Positions 18,462 through 27,943 of a stretch of DNA of 64,000 bases are shown here, one piece after another. Below the pieces are notes generated by a model. The model saw only the letters and a list, made by a program, of their open reading frames with translations, was not told where the DNA came from and made no database searches. The first letter of the stretch is position 1. Every line of letters starts with the position of its first letter. A program made the translations under genes and the position numbers. Origin of the DNA: an uncultured virus (IMG/VR IMGVR_UViG_3300044626_000606) (taxonomy: Duplodnaviria > Heunggongvirae > Uroviricota > Caudoviricetes); IMG/VR virus record IMGVR_UViG_3300044626_000606. The stretch is one strand, 5' to 3'.

Positions 18462-18863
18462 ATGAGCAGAAATGTGTTTCAGAAATCATCCGACGACAGC
18501 GACAACGAACAACCCCAAGGCATCGCCATCGGTCTGGAGCGTGGCAATGGGCCGTTGCCCTACATCGCCTTGCTCGCCAAGATCCTTGAGAAGATCAGCC
18601 CGAGCCAACCCAACAAGAAGGACGAGACTGAGTCGATCAAGGTCGCCTTGGCTTCCTTGGGGATTGTCCTCAAGAGCAGCCCGAAGCATTACGAGAAGCT
18701 GGTTGCCTTCATTGGCATCCACGCCTCGGCTTGTATGCCCGACGGGGAGATGAGTTTGTCCGATGCCCCCGAGGGCTTTGTTGAATTGCGTGAGAAATTG
18801 AAAGACGAAATGTTGGAGGCCGCCAAAGAGGAGGCCGAATCCAACTTGGATAAGCAAGACTAA
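18462..18863 (+). CDS. Hypothetical protein
   Basis: AAAGGAG RBS. Confidence 0.6.
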   Translation: MSRNVFQKSSDDSDNEQPQGIAIGLERGNGPLPYIALLAKILEKISPSQPNKKDETESIKVALASLGIVLKSSPKHYEKLVAFIGIHASACMPDGEMSLSDAPEGFVELREKLKDEMLEAAKEEAESNLDKQD

Positions 18864-18896
18864 CCACAACCACCAACCGAAAGGAGATACGACACA

Positions 18897-19649
18897 ATGG
18901 CTACCACCACTACCAAAACAACGAAGCAGAAGAAAACCGATTGCTGGCAGGATGTCGAGCAGACATTGTCCGCTGGCGTTAACCGACTGGTTCTTTACGG
19001 GCCTCCTGGAACTGGCAAGACCTACGCTGGTCTGACGATGGCGACCAAGGATCGTCCGACCTTCCGTCTGATCTGTACCCCCGATATGACCAACGCCGAT
19101 GTCACGGGGGCTTGGATGCCCAACGAGAAGGGAACCTTCTCTTGGCACGAGGGTCAAGCGGTCAAGGCTTGGCGGACTGGCGGTCGTCTCATCGTTGACG
19201 AGATCGACAAGGCGGGGGGCGATGTGTTCGCCACCTTGCTGGCGATGACCGACAGCCCCGAGTCTTGCAAGTGGGAGAACCCGCAGACTGGCAAGGTCGA
19301 GACTCCCCAAGAGGGCTTCAGCGTGGTGATGACCACCAATCTGGAGAACCTTGAGGATCTGCCCGAGGCCATCCGTTCCCGCTTCCCGATCCGTATCCGC
19401 ATCAACAAGCCCCACCACACGGCACTCGAACGCTTGTCCCCCGATCTTCGGGACTACGCCGAGCGTTCCGCTGACTTGGGTGAACGGCGTATCGATCTGC
19501 GAACCTTCTTCGCCTACGACAGCCTACGCAAGTCTGTCGGTGCGGAGCGTGCGGCTCACTTGATCTTTGGCGACAAGGCCAAGGACTTCTTGACCGCCAT
19601 CAAGATCGATCAGATCAACGGATCCAAGCTCGCCGAGAAGTCCGAATAA
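18897..19649 (+). CDS. MoxR/CobS-like AAA+ ATPase
   Basis: Motifs GPPGTGKT, LIVDEIDKA, TTN, AIRSRF, IDLR. Confidence 0.9.
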   Translation: MATTTTKTTKQKKTDCWQDVEQTLSAGVNRLVLYGPPGTGKTYAGLTMATKDRPTFRLICTPDMTNADVTGAWMPNEKGTFSWHEGQAVKAWRTGGRLIVDEIDKAGGDVFATLLAMTDSPESCKWENPQTGKVETPQEGFSVVMTTNLENLEDLPEAIRSRFPIRIRINKPHHTALERLSPDLRDYAERSADLGERRIDLRTFFAYDSLRKSVGAERAAHLIFGDKAKDFLTAIKIDQINGSKLAEKSE

Positions 19650-19688
19650 GTTAAGCAACCCTCAACCTTCAATGAAAGGAGGTAGCTG

Positions 19689-21056
19689 ATGCAGACCGCA
19701 ATACTACCAGAGTTCATACGACAAGCTGGCAACCGCCGTGGTGTCAATGAGGCTTGGGACATCATCCGATCCTCAATGGATCGTGGCAGTCCCAAGACTT
19801 GCATTGAAGCACGACGGCTGATGGTTCCCTTCAACGAGGAGGCACGAGCCGAAGTCATCCGAGCCCACGAGATGATGCACATTCGATTGAGTCCGCCAAG
19901 TCTTGAGCCTTGGCTCAAGCGTGGCGTTGCCACCGAGCAAGCCTTGATGCTGGCCGAGGAATGTCGGATCAATCGGGTGCTTCAGAATGAAGGCTTCAAC
20001 CCGAGTGAACATCTCTACGACGAGACCGACGAGATCAACGCTTACCGCTATGCCAAGGCCAAGGACTTGGCTGGTGTCATCCGTGTGGTGGCGGCAACCC
20101 ACGGAACCAAGACACAGGAGGCGGTGCTTAAGCAGATCGAGAAGGCTGGTCTTGAGAATGGAGATTTGGAAACCATCCAAGGGGCTACGGATTTGTCCAA
20201 TACGATCAACGAGTTGCTCGACAATTATAAGTATAATCTGACGAGCGACCGCCCGATTGGTCGCAAGACCAAGGTGCCACTTACCCATGGCTTCCTTGTG
20301 ACCGAGAAAATCGCCACCGTGCTGGACAAGTATATGGAGATTGCCGAGATGACCAAACGCATCCCGCAACTCAAGCCATCCAGAAAGGTGCAGGATTCCA
20401 GAGCCGAATGCACGGCCAAGTTCGGTGACTTGGTTGACGGCAAAGCATCCCTCAATCGAATGCACAACGGCAACCTTGGCAAGGTTCGCATCGCCTCGGA
20501 TGTCGGTCGCACTCCCCGCCGTATCGGTCGGTTGCTTACCGATCCGTATCGTCGGGTGTTCGATCGTGTCAAACGCAAGTCGGGCGGCGTCGTCTTGATT
20601 GATTGGTCTGGCTCGATGAGTCTTGAACCCAAGGATATCTTGACGATACTTCAGCACGCTCCAGGAGCCACAATTGCGGCTTACGCCCACAAGGATGGGA
20701 GCCAAGGCGTTCCCAACTTCTGGGTGCTGGCCAAGGACGGCAAGATGGTCAGCCAGTTGCCGACCAAGCACGGCTGTGGCAACGGCGTTGACGGACCAGC
20801 CCTACGCTGGGCGTTGAAGGCCAGACGATTCCAGAACGAGATGGTGCTTTGGGTTTGCGACGGATCCGTCACCGATGGGGCTGACGATTGCTTCTATACC
20901 CATCTGGCGGCCGAGGCCAAAGCATTGGTCACGACTGGCAGAGTTGTGATGCAGAAATGTATGGAAGATGCGGTCGACTTCCTTAAGAAGTTGGCCAACG
21001 GACAGGTGTCCCCGACAGGCCCGACCTATGTCGGCGAGCTACGCCGAAGCTACTAA
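19689..21056 (+). CDS. HExxH metallopeptidase-like plus vWA domain protein
   Basis: AHEMMH, EECRIN, MIDAS motif LIDWSGSM, CDG. Confidence 0.8.
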   Translation: MQTAILPEFIRQAGNRRGVNEAWDIIRSSMDRGSPKTCIEARRLMVPFNEEARAEVIRAHEMMHIRLSPPSLEPWLKRGVATEQALMLAEECRINRVLQNEGFNPSEHLYDETDEINAYRYAKAKDLAGVIRVVAATHGTKTQEAVLKQIEKAGLENGDLETIQGATDLSNTINELLDNYKYNLTSDRPIGRKTKVPLTHGFLVTEKIATVLDKYMEIAEMTKRIPQLKPSRKVQDSRAECTAKFGDLVDGKASLNRMHNGNLGKVRIASDVGRTPRRIGRLLTDPYRRVFDRVKRKSGGVVLIDWSGSMSLEPKDILTILQHAPGATIAAYAHKDGSQGVPNFWVLAKDGKMVSQLPTKHGCGNGVDGPALRWALKARRFQNEMVLWVCDGSVTDGADDCFYTHLAAEAKALVTTGRVVMQKCMEDAVDFLKKLANGQVSPTGPTYVGELRRSY

Positions 21057-21399
21057 ACCTAGGATCACTTATCAAAACCTTTGAAGTTAGCGATCCAGAC
21101 AGCGGTGTTCGGTGGATTGTGGAAGCAGACGCCATCGAAGATGTGAAGAAGTGGATGGTGTCTCAACTCCCACATTCCGAACGATACCAAATCAAGGAGG
21201 TTCATAATGGATAACCCATATCAAACGGAGGAAACACTATGCGAAGCATAACCAAGATACGAAACAAACTGAAAGGCTTGGAGCTTGAGGTGGCCAGAGC
21301 CATCGCAGTCTCCCCGAAAGACGAGGATCTTTACGGACAAATGCTTGACCATATCAAAACATGCGAACAGCTTTTGCTGGTCGCCAAGGAGTCATCCAT

Positions 21400-21858
21400 A
21401 TGATTACTGGAATCTTAATTGATCCCAAAGCCAAGTCGTTCACCGAGGTCAAATCGGAAGGACGCTTTGGCATTGAGGAAATCTACGAACTGACGGGATG
21501 TCGGTGCGTCTCAACCTTCAACCTTCCAAACTACGATGTCGCCTTTATCGACGACGAGGGATTGCTGAAGGGTGAGGAACACCTTGAGAATGTCGGTTGC
21601 TATCGGCTCAAGTGGGCTGGCCAAACCCATCTGGTTGGCAAGACCTTGATCGTGGGAACCGATGACGAAGGCGAGACGACCTCGTGCAAGTCCACCATCG
21701 AAGAACTGGAGAAGCAGATCGAGTGGGTCAAGCCACCGACTGACGAGGAGATGGACGAACTTCTCCAGATCAAAGTCTTCCCGCTTGATCGTGACGAGAT
21801 GCGAGGCCACACCTACGCCGAAGACATCCAAGACAGCAACCCGATGCGGGACGCTTAA
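21400..21858 (+). CDS. DUF3846-like protein
   Basis: ILIDP...IYEL...FIDDEGLLK...LVG...VG.D.EGE. Confidence 0.6.
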   Translation: MITGILIDPKAKSFTEVKSEGRFGIEEIYELTGCRCVSTFNLPNYDVAFIDDEGLLKGEEHLENVGCYRLKWAGQTHLVGKTLIVGTDDEGETTSCKSTIEELEKQIEWVKPPTDEEMDELLQIKVFPLDRDEMRGHTYAEDIQDSNPMRDA

Positions 21859-21965
21859 CCAATGGACGAAAGACAATTCACCATCCTAACGGAGACAATC
21901 CGTGAAGGCCTGGAAAACCTAGCCAAAGAAGTCGAGAAGATACGACTCGTTATGGAGGATCAAGT

Positions 21966-22175
21966 ATGATCCAAGACATCAAACAAGAATCGGATATCCA
22001 AAGTTTCTTTCATTGCCGAGAGTGCCTTAAGGAATTACCCGACGGGGAAAGTCCACGATCCTACGCCAGCCTTGAGGTTGGGTGGACACCCAAGGGCATC
22101 CAAGTCTGGTGCAAACGGCACGAGTTAAATGTCATCAACCTAGATTTCCGAGGCCAGAAAGTGAGCCCGTTATGA
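21966..22175 (+). CDS. Small zinc-binding hypothetical protein
   Basis: CRECL...VWCKRH; GGAGG RBS. Confidence 0.6.
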   Translation: MIQDIKQESDIQSFFHCRECLKELPDGESPRSYASLEVGWTPKGIQVWCKRHELNVINLDFRGQKVSPL

Positions 22176-22384
22176 GATACAAGATCCAAAGCGAATCAAC
22201 CTTCGGATGGGGCGACATCAAGGAAAGTGTGGACGGCCTTGGCAAATACAAGGACTGCCACTACGAGACGAAAGAACTTGCCGATGAGGAATGTTCGGAG
22301 TTGAATGAAAAACTCGGGGGAGGATTTCGGGTGGTTCCAATAACCACACGATCCGACTTCGACTTCTATTGAAAGGAGACACCT

Positions 22385-22585
22385 ATGCCACGATACATTG
22401 TTGAATTGCACAAGACCACACGATCCACCGCAGAGGTTGAGATCGAAGCAGAGTCGGAAGACCTTGCCAAGTCGGAGGCCTATGCCCTCTGGTTGCAGGA
22501 CTTCGACGACAACCGAGTCGAGTGGGATGTGATGGAAGAAGATTGCGTAGTCGGAGACTGCGAAGAAGCGAAACTGGAAGACTAA
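22385..22585 (+). CDS. Acidic hypothetical protein
   Basis: AAAGGAG RBS; VEIEAESEDLA motif. Confidence 0.6.
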   Translation: MPRYIVELHKTTRSTAEVEIEAESEDLAKSEAYALWLQDFDDNRVEWDVMEEDCVVGDCEEAKLED

Positions 22586-22603
22586 AACAGAAAGGATACT
22601 ACT

Positions 22604-22882
22604 ATGAAGAAACCAAAAATATTGAAACTAAAACCGCTTAACAAATACAAAAACCTAAAGGAAAGCGAACGCAAACTTGTAGCCGAGGAGTTACTTAAAT
22701 CCATTCGTGGAAAGCTCGTCCTTGGTCAAGCCTGTGCCATCGCTTACGGCAAGTTGCGGGAGACGGAACCCAGCAACGCCGAGGACATTGCACTACTTGG
22801 TGAGCAATACTTCGGGATGTTTTACGCCATTGCATTGTCCACCCTCCGCATCACTGATGGCCGAAACGGAGTGGCCAAATAA
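22604..22882 (+). CDS. Hypothetical protein
   Basis: ORF with RBS in the early cluster. Confidence 0.55.
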   Translation: MKKPKILKLKPLNKYKNLKESERKLVAEELLKSIRGKLVLGQACAIAYGKLRETEPSNAEDIALLGEQYFGMFYAIALSTLRITDGRNGVAK

Positions 22883-23115
22883 TGTCTGCCGTAAAGGACG
22901 ATCCATACCTAAAAGAATACCTCAAACTCCGTGGCAAAGTCCTTGTGGATGTAGTCAAGGATGAGGAAGGCGTTGATGGAGAACCACTCTACGGCCTAGT
23001 CTTCAAGTCTGGGATCAAGGATCGCAAGCCGTCGGTGGCTTGGGTCTACCGAGATGAAGAGGGCAATGGTGCTGGGTTTCTCAACATCATCGATGTCGAC
23101 CTAGACGCCAAGTGA
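22882..23115 (+). CDS. Hypothetical protein
   Basis: RDEEGNGAGFL motif; coupled start. Confidence 0.6.
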   Translation: MSAVKDDPYLKEYLKLRGKVLVDVVKDEEGVDGEPLYGLVFKSGIKDRKPSVAWVYRDEEGNGAGFLNIIDVDLDAK

Positions 23116-23370
23116 TTGATGGGGCATAGAGTCGGAAGATGATTCCGAACTGGAATTCCTCCAGGTTTAACACCCATCAAGTTTTACGACAATGAAACTA
23201 GAACCACATCAAGAAGATAGGTTGGTCTACGCTATGGCCACATTCGTCAAGGCGGTCAGAAACCTCGTCACTAAAAACACCAATGGTCAACTCGACGAGA
23301 TAACCGCCAGCGATCTCAAGCTGTGGGCAGACCAACTCTTGCGTGAACTTAACCATTATAGGATGAGCAA

Positions 23371-23700
23371 ATGACAATCGAACTAGATAGTTACGAAGCC
23401 AGCTTCGAACACGAGGGCAAGAACTACGAGGTCACTGGGTCAGTGACCCACGAGACCCATACCGAAGATGTCGGTATCGGGAGCTACGAATACTGGGGAC
23501 ACACGGAAACTGACAAACAACTTGTCGAGATCAGCGAGTATGTGGATGCAGAATTCCACAACCTGCAGGTCTTTGAGAAGGGGTCGGAACATCCAGTGCT
23601 TGAGCCGTCAGCCGAACTGACGGAAGCCGCCGAGCTTGCCCTCTTTGGTGCAACCTATGAATATGCGGAACAAGTAGCCGCAGAAGGGAAACTACTATGA
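23371..23700 (+). CDS. Acidic hypothetical protein
   Basis: GIGSYEYWG motif; strongly acidic. Confidence 0.6.
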   Translation: MTIELDSYEASFEHEGKNYEVTGSVTHETHTEDVGIGSYEYWGHTETDKQLVEISEYVDAEFHNLQVFEKGSEHPVLEPSAELTEAAELALFGATYEYAEQVAAEGKLL

Positions 23701-24110
23701 TGTCACCAGAAACCAAACGGCTCGTCGAACAATCGGCTGTGCCGTTGATCTCCAGCCAAATCGAAACCTTACGAGAGTCACTCCGCCATCTTGAGCAGAC
23801 TGTCTTTAAGATGGAGCGTGATCTCCAAGGCTACGCCAAGGCCACCACGGCCTTGACCGAGGAACTTAACCAAGCCCTCAAGATCCGAACGCATCGGACT
23901 TCCTATGTCAACGAGCGTGGCCAGCAAGCTTACTTTAGGGATCCGATCAGCGTAGCTGGTCGGTGGGGGGAGTGGAAGAAACTCCTTGAGGAAGGCACAC
24001 CGACGGCGGTTGTCGCCAGACAATGGGGTGTCGACAGACGCTCCGTTCAATACGCAAGAAAGCAGAACTTCAAACCAGCACTAATTAAAAACCAACGGAG
24101 GAAAAAATGA
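23697..24110 (+). CDS. Coiled-coil plus HTH protein, putative regulator
   Basis: C-terminal GTPTAVVARQWGVDRRSVQYA. Confidence 0.55.
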   Translation: MMSPETKRLVEQSAVPLISSQIETLRESLRHLEQTVFKMERDLQGYAKATTALTEELNQALKIRTHRTSYVNERGQQAYFRDPISVAGRWGEWKKLLEEGTPTAVVARQWGVDRRSVQYARKQNFKPALIKNQRRKK

Positions 24111-24283
24111 GCATACTCAACAAAGCCAGATTCAAGAGAACCGCACTGGACATCGCCAGCAAACGGCATCACAAGTTCACGAGAGTTGGCAAGGAGTTTA
24201 TCAGCCTTGCCGAACACGCCTTGGTCGGATGGATGATGAACTACATCAACCAGCTTCCGAGCAAAGGCAAGACCATCAAATGA
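24107..24283 (+). CDS. Small basic protein, candidate minimal histone fold (58 aa)
   Basis: MSILNKARFKRTALDIASKRHHKFTRVGKEFISLAEHALVGWMMNYINQLPSKGKTIK; GGAGG RBS; ATGA overlaps at both ends. Confidence 0.6.
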   Translation: MSILNKARFKRTALDIASKRHHKFTRVGKEFISLAEHALVGWMMNYINQLPSKGKTIK

Positions 24284-25035
24284 CGGAACTCCTCAAGCTC
24301 AACCGAGGCAATGCCAAGCTGGGCAAGGGAATCTACACATTCAATTTGCCAGCTGGCTACTCCTGCCCTGGAGCTAGGGAATGTCTATCCCGTGCTGGCC
24401 GAGCCAGCGGAACAATTCAGGACGGGCTTGAAACCAAGTTCCGTTGTTTCTCCGCATCGGATGAGGCAAGGCTCCCAAATGTTCGGGCTCAACGCTGGCA
24501 CAACTTTGACTTGCTGAAGCACAAATCCACCTCGCAAATGGTGGAGTTGATCCAAGCAAGTCTGCCTAAGAAAGCCAAGATCATACGCATTCATGTGTCT
24601 GGCGATTTCTTCAACCCTCAATACTTCGACGCTTGGCTGGAGGTTGCCAAGAACAACCCAACCATAATCTTCTACGCTTACACCAAGAGCCTTCATCTCT
24701 GGGTCGGGCGTAAGGATGACATCCCAAGCAACCTTAAACTCAACGCCAGCCGTGGCGGTATTCACGACTGGATGATCGACACCTATGGACTTAAGTCTGC
24801 GGAAGTTGTTTTCTCTGAGGAAGATGCAGATACCAAGGGTCTTCCTATAGACCACGATGACACGCACGCTTATCAGTCCGACGAGTCTTTTGCCTTGCTG
24901 ATTCACGGAACCCAGCCAGCTGGGAGTGAGGCTTCGAAAGCCTTGCAAGCCTTGAAGAAGAAAGGCTGGACGGGCTACAGCAAAAAATCTAATAGTAGAA
25001 AGGAAACCAATGAGACGATTCTTCATTCACTATAA
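24280..25035 (+). CDS. Gp88-like protein (radical-SAM-like barrel)
   Basis: GNAKL, FNLPAGYSCPGA..C, RCF, IRIHVSGDF, FYAYTK. Confidence 0.75.
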   Translation: MTELLKLNRGNAKLGKGIYTFNLPAGYSCPGARECLSRAGRASGTIQDGLETKFRCFSASDEARLPNVRAQRWHNFDLLKHKSTSQMVELIQASLPKKAKIIRIHVSGDFFNPQYFDAWLEVAKNNPTIIFYAYTKSLHLWVGRKDDIPSNLKLNASRGGIHDWMIDTYGLKSAEVVFSEEDADTKGLPIDHDDTHAYQSDESFALLIHGTQPAGSEASKALQALKKKGWTGYSKKSNSRKETNETILHSL

Positions 25036-25246
25036 CAAGCAAGCCAGCCGAAAGGCGGGACGCAATGTCCTAACCCTCCACTGGAAAAACGCTTGTCATA
25101 TGATCAACCACTTCGCCAGTGAAGGGATCAACCTGGAATCCCACGAGAACAAACGGCAACCACGCTGTGTGTTTCGTGGGTTTGCCAAGCATGTGTTCTT
25201 TCACAATGATTCGGTGCGTGGCCGTATCGCCACGATATCGGCGTGA
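25010..25246 (+). CDS. Hypothetical protein
   Basis: FFIHYNK.AS motif; AAAGGA RBS. Confidence 0.6.
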   Translation: MRRFFIHYNKQASRKAGRNVLTLHWKNACHMINHFASEGINLESHENKRQPRCVFRGFAKHVFFHNDSVRGRIATISA

Positions 25247-26724
25247 AGTATCTATCCGTTTGCTCTGGCATCGAAGCCGCCTCAGTGGCGTGGGAGTCAC
25301 TGGGTTGGACGCCGATCGCCTTTTCAGAAATCGAACCATTCCCAGCCTCGGTGCTGAAACATCGGTGGCCGATGGTTCCCAACCTAGGAGATATGACCAA
25401 GTATGAAAGCTGGAAACTCAGCGACACAATTGACCTTATTTGCGGAGGAACACCGTGCCAAGCCTTCAGCGTGGCAGGTGTCCGAAAGGGACTCGACGAC
25501 CCAAGAGGCGGACTCACCCTCACCTTCGTCAGAATGTGCGACCACTTCAACCCCAAGTGGATCGTCTGGGAAAATGTCCCAGGCGTCCTCAGTTCCAAAG
25601 ACAACGCCTTCGGTTGCTTTCTGGGAGCGTTGTCGGGAGAAGGCTGTGAACTCAAACCGACAGGGGACAAGTGGACAGACGCTGGTTGTGTGTATGGCCC
25701 CAAAAGGACAATCGCTTGGCGGTGCCTCGATGCCCAATATTTCGGCTTGGCCCAACGACGCAAGCGTGTGTTCGTTGTCGCATGTCCTCGAGACCAAGGA
25801 GATCCCACAGAGATTCTACTTGAGTTCGAAGGCCTGCGCAGGGATCTTGCGCCGAGCCGAGGTTCGGGGCAAGACACTTCCGCCGATGTTGCGGGATGCC
25901 TTAGAAGCGGTGGTGAAAGCGGAGTCCCCAGCAGTCGGGGAGAACACATAGTCCCAAGCTATTGGAACGACCCAGCAAGTCCTTGTGACACTTTGCTGGC
26001 AAGGGATTACAAAGGCATCGGCAACCAAGATCTGACCACTGGCCGAACCTTGGTCAAGGCTGTTGTCCCCATCCACGATCAAGCCACCCGCCACGCTGGT
26101 AAGCGTGGGGATAAGCAAGACGGCAAGGGCAACGGACTTGGGGTTGGCAAGGAAGGAGACCCTTGTCCGACACTCACCAAGGGCGACAAGCACGCCGTCC
26201 TTTATGAGAACCATCCCAATGACAGCCGAGTGACTGGCCCGCTGGATGTGGCTCCCAGTTGCGTGTCCCGCTATGGGACTGGCGGTGGGAATGTCCCACT
26301 GGTGCAGGAGAAACTCGTCGGGCAAGTGGATTGGCGAACAGCCCATAGCGACAACGGGGAGGTATCGCAAACCTTGAAGACAGATCTTGCCCATCAAAGC
26401 GGACCTTGTCTTGCGGTCGATGCCTATAACCAGTCGACCAGTGATATCAGTCAGTCAATCTCTTCATCCGCATCAGACATCAACCACACTGGAGGTGTGC
26501 TTGATTCGAGAGTTCGTTCGGCGGTTCGTCGGTTATTGCCTATGGAATGTGAAAGACTCCAGGGCTTTCCCGATGACCACACGCTGATCCCCTGGAGGGG
26601 GAAGCCAGCAAGCGAGTGTCCCGATGGTCCACGCTACAAGGCACTTGGCAATTCAATGGCCGTGCCGTGTATGCGGTGGATCGGAACTCGGATACATAAC
26701 TATACAAAGAAGGAGGTTAGTTGA
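25243..26724 (+). CDS. C5-cytosine DNA methyltransferase (alpha chain)
   Basis: Motifs SVCSGIEA, GGTPCQ, WENV, QRRKRVF, ERLQGFP, LGNS. Confidence 0.93.
   Translation: MKYLSVCSGIEAASVAWESLGWTPIAFSEIEPFPASVLKHRWPMVPNLGDMTKYESWKLSDTIDLICGGTPCQAFSVAGVRKGLDDPRGGLTLTFVRMCDHFNPKWIVWENVPGVLSSKDNAFGCFLGALSGEGCELKPTGDKWTDAGCVYGPKRTIAWRCLDAQYFGLAQRRKRVFVVACPRDQGDPTEILLEFEGLRRDLAPSRGSGQDTSADVAGCLRSGGESGVPSSRGEHIVPSYWNDPASPCDTLLARDYKGIGNQDLTTGRTLVKAVVPIHDQATRHAGKRGDKQDGKGNGLGVGKEGDPCPTLTKGDKHAVLYENHPNDSRVTGPLDVAPSCVSRYGTGGGNVPLVQEKLVGQVDWRTAHSDNGEVSQTLKTDLAHQSGPCLAVDAYNQSTSDISQSISSSASDINHTGGVLDSRVRSAVRRLLPMECERLQGFPDDHTLIPWRGKPASECPDGPRYKALGNSMAVPCMRWIGTRIHNYTKKEVS
25403..25951 (+). CDS. Overprinted methyltransferase beta-like polypeptide (+1 frame)
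   Basis: QLTLFAE at the N-terminus; WPNDASVCSLSHVLET...FYLSSKACAGILRRAEVRGKTLP; AGGAG lies upstream of ATG 25403. Confidence 0.7.
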   Translation: MKAGNSATQLTLFAEEHRAKPSAWQVSERDSTTQEADSPSPSSECATTSTPSGSSGKMSQASSVPKTTPSVAFWERCREKAVNSNRQGTSGQTLVVCMAPKGQSLGGASMPNISAWPNDASVCSLSHVLETKEIPQRFYLSSKACAGILRRAEVRGKTLPPMLRDALEAVVKAESPAVGENT

Positions 26725-26942
26725 ATGAGTACCCTAGTTATTGGCAGGGTTCCAGACAAAGAGAACGAGTATCGTGTTTACCAAAATACAACACCAGAAA
26801 AAGCCAAGGAAAAATTCATAGTCGAGATGATGTATGAATGGGGCGAGGGTTGTGACAAAGACAATGTTATCTTTGAAGTTGTCGCAACTTCCAAGTCCCC
26901 GATAGATATCGATACTTGGCAGGATTGAAAGGAGAAATTATT

Positions 26943-27335
26943 ATGTGGATCGCAACCACGATTGGATTCTATTCGATTGTTCAGAAGGAACACCACGATG
27001 ATCCCGAAGGCCAGAAGCTATTCGTGATCCGTGCCAGAACCCGAGGCGACATCGACAGACTAGCCAAGGAAATCAAAAACAAACTCAACAAGGAAATCGT
27101 CATACATGAATATGAGAAGTCGGACTATCAGTTCCGCATCTACCTTGAGACCAAGGAAGATCTTGCGGCAACGCTTGCAACGCTTGCAGAGAAGGTCACC
27201 TACCCAAATTTCAAGGATGAAATTGCAGAGATACCTCACCAGCAAGACAAAGCCCCAGCCTATGCCAACCTTTGGTTAAAGCTGTTTATGCTTACACACA
27301 AAGACCTATTCGATGAACAACCCTCAGAAGCCTAA
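26943..27335 (+). CDS. Hypothetical phage protein
   Basis: MW..T.GFYSIV...IRAR...DY..R...Y.NFK; AAAGGAG RBS. Confidence 0.65.
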   Translation: MWIATTIGFYSIVQKEHHDDPEGQKLFVIRARTRGDIDRLAKEIKNKLNKEIVIHEYEKSDYQFRIYLETKEDLAATLATLAEKVTYPNFKDEIAEIPHQQDKAPAYANLWLKLFMLTHKDLFDEQPSEA

Positions 27336-27527
27336 CCTATCCAGCAAACTCCTTCGGTATGGCTACTGGAGTTGGGCGGCTGATGAACCAGCCACCCATA
27401 CTTGTGAACACAACCACGAGGAGTGTGCCGTGGAGAAGGATGGCGTCTGTATGGAATGGCTAGGCAACGAGGTGGACAAGGACTACCCAGTCAAGGAGTG
27501 CTATCCGCCTCTCAATATGGAGGACTT

Positions 27528-27833
27528 ATGGGACTTATAGTTGCGATCTTGTTGATGCTGACCACAACCCTTGGGCAAGCCCAGCTTATGATGACCAGAT
27601 CCTTGTGGATCCCACGTGGTTATGAGGCTTGGATTCCCAGAGGCTATGGAGCCCCACAGCTGACGGCCAATCCCCTATGGGTCAACTCAATCTCAAACGA
27701 ATTGGGACCCTATGGATCGACCGTTAATATGATCGGGGTCAACAACCCGATGGGGGTGGGACTAGGGTTGAGCCTTGTCGAGCCAGTCTTCGAACCTGTC
27801 GAGATGTCGCTCGAGATCCTTGAGACTTATTAA
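27528..27833 (+). CDS. Putative secreted protein
   Basis: Signal-like N-terminus; tandem WIPRGY repeat; GPYGS motif. Confidence 0.5.
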   Translation: MGLIVAILLMLTTTLGQAQLMMTRSLWIPRGYEAWIPRGYGAPQLTANPLWVNSISNELGPYGSTVNMIGVNNPMGVGLGLSLVEPVFEPVEMSLEILETY

Positions 27834-27943
27834 GTCCATCGTGGCGGCACGAGCCAATAGTAAGATATCGCAGATCATATCGGGAAGCCGACGCAAATCT
27901 GAATGATCCGACAAGCCGTCCCACAAGGGACTGTCTGGCGGGA

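Noticed and set aside
18486..20771. Long antisense ORFs (310 and 332 aa)
   Set aside because: Shadow frames of the AAA+ and vWA genes caused by codon bias; no motifs.
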